NCBI GenBank assembly: GCA_017621475.1
Contig: JAGATA010000039.1
Span: 30,108-94,107, forward strand
Direction of reading: 5' to 3'
Origin: Clostridia bacterium
GTDB taxonomy: Bacteria > Bacillota > Clostridia > Oscillospirales > CAG-272
DNA length: 64,000 bases
Shown: piece after piece, positions 57,470-64,000 of the stretch
Layout: each line of letters begins with the position of its first letter
Numbering within the stretch: the stretch's first letter is position 1
Translations under genes and position numbers: made by a program
Notes under the pieces: generated by a model
What the model saw: the letters and a program-made list of their open reading frames with translations, nothing else
Told to the model about the DNA's origin: nothing
The model's database searches: none

Positions 57470-59301
57470 TGTTTAAGAGAAAGCCCAAGGTGCTGACCGA
57501 GGAACAGTTGGAGGAAATCCGCACAAAGGACTTCTTCGACTGTATCCTCCCCGGCACGATCAAGTTTATGACCGACCATTATATCGTAGGCGACAGCTAT
57601 CGCTCGGCGTGGGTGATTCGTGAGTATCCGCCCTCCACCGAGGAACTGGCGATCCTCTCGTCCCTTGCCGATAAAAGCGGTGTTACGCTCCGCATCTATC
57701 ACCGTCTCGTCGAACACATGGAGCAGAGGCGCATCATTCAGAATGCCACCCGCAAGAACAAGATGAAGCGCGTTGCCGATGACGTGAACGATGCCATCGA
57801 GGCCGAGGGCAACCTTCAGGACGTGATGGAGCTTGCCGCCACCCTCAACCGCAACAAAGAACCGCTTCTGCATTGCTCGGTGTTCATCGAGCTGAAGGCC
57901 AAGAGCCTCGAATCCCTCAAGGAATTGCAGAGCGAGGTTGGCATGGAGCTGACCCGCGCCAAGATTTCGGTGGACAGACTGACTCTCCGACAGAAAGAAG
58001 GATTTTTATCTGTTCTGCCCGTGGGCTCGAATCAGTTCGGCGCACAGTATGAGCGCGTACTGCCTGCAAGCTCGGCGGCAAACTTCTATCCCTTCAACTA
58101 TTCGGGCAAGACCGACTCCCACGGCTTGTATATCGGGCGTGATAAATACGGCACAAACATCCTTGTGGACTTCGACAAGCGTGCCGAGGATAAGACCACA
58201 AGCAATATCCTCATTCTCGGAAACAGCGGTCAGGGCAAGAGCTATCTCATGAAGCTGTTGCTCACCAACCTCCGTGAATCCGGCAAGAGCATCATCTGCC
58301 TTGATCCCGAAGCGGAATACGAGGATCTGTGCGTAAGCCTCGGCGGTTGCTATATTGATTTCCTTTCAGGAGCATATACCATCAACCCGCTTGAACCCAA
58401 GGCGTGGAGCGATGGCACGGAGGACACCGAGAGCGACTCCCCCGAAGCATTCAGAAAGGTAACGCGCCTGTCACAGCACATCGCATTCCTCAAGGACTTT
58501 TTCCGTTGCTATAAGGAATTCAACGACAGTCAGCTCGACACCATCGAAATCCTCCTCGCAAAGCTGTATGCGAGATTCGGCATCACCGATTTTACCGACT
58601 ATGATAAGCTCCGCCCCACCGACTATCCCACGATGGAGGACTTCTATCATCTGTGCGAGGAAGAATATATGACCTACGATAAGCAGAGGAAATACCTCTA
58701 TACCGAGGAAACTCTGCAGGAGGTCTGCCTCGGCATCAACTCCATGTGCGTCGGCTCGGAGAGCAAGTATTTCAATGGTCACACCAATATCACCGACGGC
58801 GACTTCCTCTGCTTCGGAGTCAAAGGACTCATGGACAGCAACAAACGCCTCAAGGATGCGATGCTGTTCAACATTCTGTCCTTTATGAGCAATCAGCTCC
58901 TCGGCAAGGGCAACACCGTGGCATCGGTGGATGAGCTGTATCTGTTTCTCACCAACATGACCGCCATTGAGTATATCCGTAACTGCATGAAGCGCGTCCG
59001 CAAGAAGAACTCCTCTGTGGTGCTGGCGTCGCAGAACATTGAGGACTTCCTCATTCCGAGCATCCGAGAATTCACAAAGCCTCTGTTCAGCATTCCCACA
59101 CACCACTTCCTCTTCAATGCCGGGCAGATCAATCCCAAGGAATATATGGATGCCCTGCAGGTCGAGCCGAGCGAATTCGAGCTGATCAAGTATCCCGAAA
59201 GAGGAACTTGTCTCTACCGTTGCGGAAACGAGAGGTATCTGCTTCAGGTCAAAGCTCCCGACTATAAGGCGGCGCTCTTTGGAAAGGCGGGTGGGCGTTA
59301 A
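57469..59301 (+). CDS. VirB4-family conjugal transfer ATPase (ATPase part)
   Basis: Walker A GNSGQGKSYLMK. 610 aa. Confidence 0.85.
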   Translation: MFKRKPKVLTEEQLEEIRTKDFFDCILPGTIKFMTDHYIVGDSYRSAWVIREYPPSTEELAILSSLADKSGVTLRIYHRLVEHMEQRRIIQNATRKNKMKRVADDVNDAIEAEGNLQDVMELAATLNRNKEPLLHCSVFIELKAKSLESLKELQSEVGMELTRAKISVDRLTLRQKEGFLSVLPVGSNQFGAQYERVLPASSAANFYPFNYSGKTDSHGLYIGRDKYGTNILVDFDKRAEDKTTSNILILGNSGQGKSYLMKLLLTNLRESGKSIICLDPEAEYEDLCVSLGGCYIDFLSGAYTINPLEPKAWSDGTEDTESDSPEAFRKVTRLSQHIAFLKDFFRCYKEFNDSQLDTIEILLAKLYARFGITDFTDYDKLRPTDYPTMEDFYHLCEEEYMTYDKQRKYLYTEETLQEVCLGINSMCVGSESKYFNGHTNITDGDFLCFGVKGLMDSNKRLKDAMLFNILSFMSNQLLGKGNTVASVDELYLFLTNMTAIEYIRNCMKRVRKKNSSVVLASQNIEDFLIPSIREFTKPLFSIPTHHFLFNAGQINPKEYMDALQVEPSEFELIKYPERGTCLYRCGNERYLLQVKAPDYKAALFGKAGGR

Positions 59302-59846
59302 TGGCGGCACCCGCCCTCATACCGATCATCAAAAAGGTTGCGACCTATATTGCGACCAACCCCAAAGCACTCAAAAAGGTGGTCGGGATCGTGATCGGAG
59401 TGGTGGTGATTATCGCCATGCCGATCATTGCGCTCCTCGGAATTTTTACGGGAGGTGTGGATCTCAATATAGACCGATTGCAAGAGATGATCGTGGAGAA
59501 CCAATCCTCGGCATCTGGCGTGATGACCGAGATCGAGGAAAAGATGCTGTCCGCAGGATATAGCCATCTGAATGTCAAGGAGGCGCAGGCGATTTATTCG
59601 CTTGCGCTCTTCACCCGTGGCTCGGAGGAAGGATTTACGGATACGCTCGTCGGATGCTTCTCGGAAGGACAGAGTGATGAGGATCTCATCGCAAAGGTCA
59701 ATGCAGCCTTCGGTACGAACATCCTCGCTTCGGATTTTACCTCTGCCGTGCGGAAAATGCGCGATGAGCATATCGAACCCGAACCGCCTCCCGAAGAAAC
59801 AGAGCTGCCCGACACAAATGAAACGGAGGTGACCACAGCACCATGA
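59301..59846 (+). CDS. membrane-anchored T4SS-associated protein, no hydrolase domain seen
   Basis: 181 aa with a TM helix (VVGIVIGVVVIIAMPIIALLGIF) and a Pro/Glu-rich tail. TAATG coupling. Confidence 0.5.
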   Translation: MAAPALIPIIKKVATYIATNPKALKKVVGIVIGVVVIIAMPIIALLGIFTGGVDLNIDRLQEMIVENQSSASGVMTEIEEKMLSAGYSHLNVKEAQAIYSLALFTRGSEEGFTDTLVGCFSEGQSDEDLIAKVNAAFGTNILASDFTSAVRKMRDEHIEPEPPPEETELPDTNETEVTTAP

Positions 59847-60949
59847 CAGACAGAAGAAAAACAGAACTCCTCGGTAACTTTATTGGATGGTTTCTCGATC
59901 ACCAAACGAGCGATGAGGGATTGTTCCGTGACCTCCACGTGGAGATCGGGATGACCAAGGATGAATTGCACGACTTCAGCATCGACAGCCTCGACGAGCT
60001 GTTCGACCGAGCAGAAAAAGAACACCAAAAGGAGATCGAGGAAACCGCCGACACTATCACAGCCGAGGACTTGGTGGAGCAAGCCGTCTATGCCGCCAAC
60101 GCTCCCGACTTTCTCACCGAGGAAGAACAGGCTGAGGATATGCTCGGAATGCTCGGCGCAAATATTATGGACGAGGGCTTGCAGACGGTGGACTCGCAGA
60201 GTCTGATTGCTTCTGCCGTTGCCGATCTCGTCATCAAGCAAAGCATCGAGGATCAGACCGAAGGTCGCTATACGCTGACAGCCGATACGCTCCACAAGTT
60301 ATCGAATGGCAAGATGATGGCTCCTACGGTCATCGAGGATCTTCTGCTCGATAGAAAAGAGATCGAACTCATCGAGGGCAATTGGGAAACCGACGAACTC
60401 TATCTCTACCTTGCGCCGGAGTACGTTCGCATGGAGGACGAGAGCGATCTGCGGTCATTGAGTCAGGAAGAAGTGGAGGCGATGTGCGCCGACCATGTCC
60501 TATGGCTGAACGATGCAGGCGGCAAGCAAGCCGACTTCTCAAACTGCGTGATCCGTGGAATGGATCTGTCGCTGAAGAATCTCATGAACGCAAACTTCAA
60601 CGGAGCGAAGCTGGCAGAGGTCAATCTCTATCGCACTGAGCTGAATTTTTCCGACTGCGAGGGCGCGAAGTTTTATAACTGTCATGCCGAGGGTGTGTAC
60701 TCCGAGGAAGTCAGCTTCAAGGATGCGGTGTTCCGCAACTCACAACTCTTTGGCGGTATGTTCACACACAGCAATTTCAGCAACGCACAGTTCAATGCCT
60801 GCGATCTCTGCTACGCAAGCCTGCAAAACTGTTGCCTCGACGGAACAGACTTTGGAGATTCCATCTGCGATCAGATGAGCAGACGCGGGTGCAGCTACGA
60901 TGAAGAAGCGTGGACGGCTCACGCGCTATCTCCCAATCTCAAAATGTAA
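59843..60949 (+). CDS. pentapeptide-repeat protein with an acidic N-terminal domain
   Basis: The C-terminal ~150 aa are A(D/N)LxX repeats: ADFSNCVIRGMDLSLKNLMNANFNGAKLAEVNLYRTELNFSDCEGAKF... Confidence 0.8.
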   Translation: MTDRRKTELLGNFIGWFLDHQTSDEGLFRDLHVEIGMTKDELHDFSIDSLDELFDRAEKEHQKEIEETADTITAEDLVEQAVYAANAPDFLTEEEQAEDMLGMLGANIMDEGLQTVDSQSLIASAVADLVIKQSIEDQTEGRYTLTADTLHKLSNGKMMAPTVIEDLLLDRKEIELIEGNWETDELYLYLAPEYVRMEDESDLRSLSQEEVEAMCADHVLWLNDAGGKQADFSNCVIRGMDLSLKNLMNANFNGAKLAEVNLYRTELNFSDCEGAKFYNCHAEGVYSEEVSFKDAVFRNSQLFGGMFTHSNFSNAQFNACDLCYASLQNCCLDGTDFGDSICDQMSRRGCSYDEEAWTAHALSPNLKM

Positions 60950-60961
60950 GGAGTGATCACT

Positions 60962-61228
60962 ATGAAGAAAACAACCATCAGCGTGTCCTTCGAGGACGAG
61001 AAGCTCTCCGCGCTCAAGATGTATCTTGAACAGCGTGGGCAGACGGTCGAGGGCGAACTCGAAAAGGCTCTCGACACTCTCTACGCCAAGACCGTGCCTG
61101 CGGGTGTTCGTGAGTTCCTCGATCTGCGTTCAGGAGTCGTGCCGACTCCTCCCAAGGCGAAGAAGCCGAAACCTCCCACAGCCTCTGCCGAGAGTAATTC
61201 CGACGAGAACAAGGGCGCGGATCAGTAA
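60962..61228 (+). CDS. small conserved ICE protein with a Lys/Pro-rich tail
   Basis: MKKTTISVSFEDEKLSALKMYLEQRG... AAGGAG RBS 8 nt upstream. Confidence 0.55.
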   Translation: MKKTTISVSFEDEKLSALKMYLEQRGQTVEGELEKALDTLYAKTVPAGVREFLDLRSGVVPTPPKAKKPKPPTASAESNSDENKGADQ

Positions 61229-61591
61229 CCGCCCGTGAGCCACCGTGTCGCCCCGTGTGGCGATTTGGAGGACGAGGTCGGGCAAACACCCAAGAGAGGC
61301 AAAACGAGCGCAAATGAGGCGATTTGCGAGAGGTACGGAGAGAGCGAAAATCGGGCAGTATTACGCTGTCCGATTGGATTGCAGGAATAAGCGCAGGGGT
61401 TGCAAAGCACCCTCTGCGCCTCTCACAGCAGACGGCAATGCCGACTGCACAAGGACTTTTTACGCCTCAACGCCAAGGGGTTGCAAATCGCCCGTTTTTA
61501 CGGTCAAGGAGTCACGAAATACGAAAGCGTAAGCGTGGCGTGGCATTATGCGGGGGTTGTACCCGTAAATACGGCAGAAAGGAGAAAAAAC
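61229..61591 (+). promoter_or_regulatory. candidate oriT / relaxosome promoter region
   Basis: 363-bp non-coding gap upstream of the RHH-relaxase pair, with several inverted and direct repeats (see findings). Confidence 0.4.
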
Positions 61592-61999
61592 ATGGCCAAT
61601 CCAAAGGATAAGCAGAAATTCGCCCTATGGACATATCCCGAAACCATGAAAAGAGTGGAAACGCTCTACCGTGATGACGGATGCAAGAGCAAGTCAGAGT
61701 TCATAGAAAAGGCGATCAATTTTTATTGCGGATACCTAACCGCAGAAAACTACCGTGAGTATTTTCCGTCCGTCATCCTCTCTACCGTCAAGGGTACGCT
61801 CGACAGCTTTGAGAATCGCATGGCAGGATTGCTGTTCAAGATGGCGGTGGAGCTTTCGATGATGCTCCATGTCACGGCAGCCAACAGCGAGATCGACGAG
61901 GACAGCCTCACACAACTGCAAGGTCTCTGTGTCAGCGAGGTCAAGCGGCTCAACGGCAAGGTGTCCTTCGAGGATGCCCGTAGGTTTCAGAAAGGATAG
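61592..61999 (+). CDS. RHH-type relaxosome accessory protein (MobC-like position)
   Basis: 135 aa. KFALWTYPETMKRVETLYRDDGCKSKSEFIEKAINFY has an RHH pattern. It lies directly upstream of the relaxase. Confidence 0.6.
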   Translation: MANPKDKQKFALWTYPETMKRVETLYRDDGCKSKSEFIEKAINFYCGYLTAENYREYFPSVILSTVKGTLDSFENRMAGLLFKMAVELSMMLHVTAANSEIDEDSLTQLQGLCVSEVKRLNGKVSFEDARRFQKG

Positions 62000-62004
62000 T
62001 ACCG

Positions 62005-64000
62005 ATGGCACGAATGATTTTGAAGTGGCGGTATATCAAAGCGGGTACGCCGAAGCACGGAGAGCATCTCGTAAAATATATTGCTACGCGCGAGGGCGTT
62101 GAGAAATGCGATGAGTCGTGGAAGCATCAGAACGCTACCGTTGAACAGGGGCGGCTCATCGCAAAGCTCATCCGTGACTTTCCCGAAGCCAAGGACAGCT
62201 TTGAGTATCAGGATTACTGTGAAAGCAAAACGAAATATAACGCCTCGGAGTTCATCAGCCGAACCATCGACGAGAACGTGGATCTCATCGGACGAAAAGA
62301 AAACTACGTTGGCTACATCGCCATGCGACCGCGCGTGGAGAAGCTCGGCTCTCACGGGCTGTTCTTCCAAGACGATACGCCCATCAATCTATCCGAGGTA
62401 TCGAAAACGGTTTCCGAGCATCAAGGTCTCGTCTGGACCACCGTGATCTCTCTGCGCCGTGAGGATGCCGAAAGGCTCGGCTACGATAACGCCAAGGCGT
62501 GGCGGGATATGCTTCGCAGTCAGGCAGATAAGCTTGCGGGTAGCATGGGCATCCCCCTTGCCGATCTGCGTTGGTATGCAGCCTTTCACAACGAGGGCAA
62601 CCATCCTCACATCCACCTCATATCTTACTCGGTCGGCAAAGAGCCGTACATGACCGAGCGAGGACTGGTGAAGATGAAAGCCAACTACGCTCACGAAATA
62701 TTCAAGCAAGACCTATACCACATCTACCGTGAGCAGACGGCGCACCGAGATGAGCTGAAGCGCGTGAGCAAGGCGCAGATCGCCTCGATCATCGAAGCCA
62801 TCAACCGCGGAGCTTATGAAAATGAAACCGTCGAGCTGATGCTCCGTCAGTTTGCTGACAAGCTAAAGGATTACTCCGGCAAAAAGGTGTACGGATACCT
62901 TCCGAAGTCCTGCAAAAATCTTGTGAACGGTATCGTGGATGAACTTGCCAAGGACGAGAGGATCGCAAAGCTCTATGACCTATGGTACGAGCAGAAAGAA
63001 AATATCCTCAAGACCTATACGCAGACCATGCCCGAAAGGATTCCGCTGTCACAAAACGAAGAATTCAAAAGCATACGCAATGCCATCGTCACCGAAGCGT
63101 TCAACCTTGCCCTCGGTCTTGACGTTGTGGAAGAACCCGAAGAAGAAGAAAGCATCCCCGACCGAGAGCCGACCGAGGATGAGGTGGAACAAGATGAGGA
63201 TCAAGAGCCGAAGAACAAATGGGAGCTGTACCGCAGAGCCAAGGAACTGCTCGACGATGACAGCGAGGACTACGATCCCAACCGCGCGGTGGAATATCTT
63301 ATTGACTCTGCAAAGCAGAACAATCCCGTCGCAAAATATCTGCTCGGCAAGCTGTTCCTCAAAGGCGAACACGTTCCGAAGAACGCAGACTACGCTCTGC
63401 GATGGCTCGAAGAAGCAGCGGAGGACGGCAATCCCTTTGCCGAATATCTCCTCGGCAAGACTCTGCTCAAGGGCGAGGACTGCGATCAGGATACCGAGAG
63501 AGCCGCGGATCTGCTCCGCCGATCTGCGGATCAAGGCAACCGCTATGCGGCATATACCCTCGGCAAGGCTTTGCTCGACGGAGATGTCCTTCCGCAAGAT
63601 ATTCCCGAGGCCATTCGATTGCTGAAAGAGTCAGCCGACAGCGGTTTCTCCCAAGCGCAGTATGTTCTCGGAAAACTGTTGTACCGTGGAGAACTGACCG
63701 AACAGGACATCCCGAAAGCTCTTGAATATCTTGAAAGAGCCTCGGCGCAGAAAAATCCCTATGCCGCCTACCTTGCGGGAAAGATCAGACTGACCGAGGA
63801 CGCACACAAGGACATCGCCAAAGCCATACGGCACTTCGAGATTGCCGCCAAAGAAGGGAACGACTACGCCGAATACCAACTCGGCAAGCTCTATCTCTAC
63901 GGCAAGGACATCCCGCAAGACTACGATAAGGCAATTGAGTATCTGACCGCCTCTGCGGAACACGGAAACAAGTACGCCGATCAGCTTCTCCACAACATAA
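62005..64000 (+). CDS. conjugative relaxase (MobL/MOBP-like histidine triad) fused to C-terminal Sel1-like repeats; 3' end lies beyond the window
   Basis: Absent from the track because it runs off the window. It is open from ATG 62005: MARMILKWRYIKAGTPKHGEHLVKYIATREGV...FHNEGNHPHIHLISYS. From ~63.25 kb it carries at least 6 Sel1 units, e.g. NPVAKYLLGKLFLKGEHVPKNADYALRWLEEAAEDG. Confidence 0.8.
   Translation, partial: MARMILKWRYIKAGTPKHGEHLVKYIATREGVEKCDESWKHQNATVEQGRLIAKLIRDFPEAKDSFEYQDYCESKTKYNASEFISRTIDENVDLIGRKENYVGYIAMRPRVEKLGSHGLFFQDDTPINLSEVSKTVSEHQGLVWTTVISLRREDAERLGYDNAKAWRDMLRSQADKLAGSMGIPLADLRWYAAFHNEGNHPHIHLISYSVGKEPYMTERGLVKMKANYAHEIFKQDLYHIYREQTAHRDELKRVSKAQIASIIEAINRGAYENETVELMLRQFADKLKDYSGKKVYGYLPKSCKNLVNGIVDELAKDERIAKLYDLWYEQKENILKTYTQTMPERIPLSQNEEFKSIRNAIVTEAFNLALGLDVVEEPEEEESIPDREPTEDEVEQDEDQEPKNKWELYRRAKELLDDDSEDYDPNRAVEYLIDSAKQNNPVAKYLLGKLFLKGEHVPKNADYALRWLEEAAEDGNPFAEYLLGKTLLKGEDCDQDTERAADLLRRSADQGNRYAAYTLGKALLDGDVLPQDIPEAIRLLKESADSGFSQAQYVLGKLLYRGELTEQDIPKALEYLERASAQKNPYAAYLAGKIRLTEDAHKDIAKAIRHFEIAAKEGNDYAEYQLGKLYLYGKDIPQDYDKAIEYLTASAEHGNKYADQLLHNI

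Larger units (their letters stand above)
46831..64000 (+). mobile_element. conjugative element (ICE-like), left part only; the right end, integrase and coupling protein are not in the window
   Basis: Abrupt shift to GC-richer sequence and different codon usage. The region carries T4SS, relaxase and methyltransferase genes and abuts tRNA genes. Confidence 0.8.

Noticed and set aside
47741-60295. Long minus-strand ORFs within the element (47741..48454, 50255..50908, 52217..53053, 58471..59310, 59594..60295).
   Set aside because: They are antisense to coupled + strand genes with recognisable motifs. Such open frames are expected by chance in GC-richer DNA.
61245-61611. Arg-rich ORFs 61245..61532 and 61324..61611, and the upstream part of 61400..61999.
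   Set aside because: They have no RBS, a basic low-complexity composition, and lie in the repeat-rich candidate oriT. The real gene starts at ATG 61592, which has a GGAG RBS.
62081-63993. Track ORFs 62081..62446, 62389..62709, 62939..63625, 63049..63597, 63402..63725 and 63631..63993.
   Set aside because: All are off-frame or antisense within the unlisted relaxase-Sel1 frame, which carries clear motifs.

Overview
The window has two parts. (1) Positions 1 to ~46.83 kb are low-GC chromosome of a spore-forming Clostridia-type Firmicute. That assignment is inferred from spoIIAA-spoIIAB-sigF, YlmC/YmxH and overall gene content. This part carries a partial GH78-like hydrolase, gap, rpsB-tsf, a small XRE-controlled low-GC islet, a GDPD-PHP fusion, a GH10 enzyme, a flavodoxin-like protein, HAD hydrolases, a MATE pump, a UvrD-family helicase and uxuA-eda-kdgK. 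It also carries two ECF-type sigma factors with long C-terminal extensions, a complete F1Fo operon (atpIBEFHAGDC), tRNA-Thr, PAP2/VanZ/AraC genes, a MITE-like repeat, DUF4349, valS, a lipid kinase, and tRNA-Leu(TAA) plus an initiator-type tRNA-Met. (2) From ~46.83 kb to the window end the DNA looks GC-richer by eye (not computed). Genes there are all on the + strand and tightly coupled through ATGA/TAATG overlaps. They form a conjugative (ICE-like) element that begins next to the tRNA pair and runs off the window. Its left ~8 kb is a cargo block: four unknown genes, RHH proteins with a poly-acidic tail, a C5 and an N6 DNA methyltransferase with no recognisable endonuclease, large acidic ArdA-like proteins, and AbrB-type proteins. 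Next comes a Gram-positive T4SS core (VirB2-like, VirB6-like, PrgI/VirB3-like, a two-ORF VirB4), then a pentapeptide-repeat protein, a candidate oriT, and a relaxase fused to Sel1 repeats. The relaxase and the GH78-like gene are missing from the supplied ORF track because both run off the window. No CRISPR array, rRNA, integrase or coupling protein is visible. The best candidate for an undescribed system is the cargo block at 47.0-55.2 kb, a putative anti-defence/establishment island. All family names come from motif recognition by eye; no searches were run.
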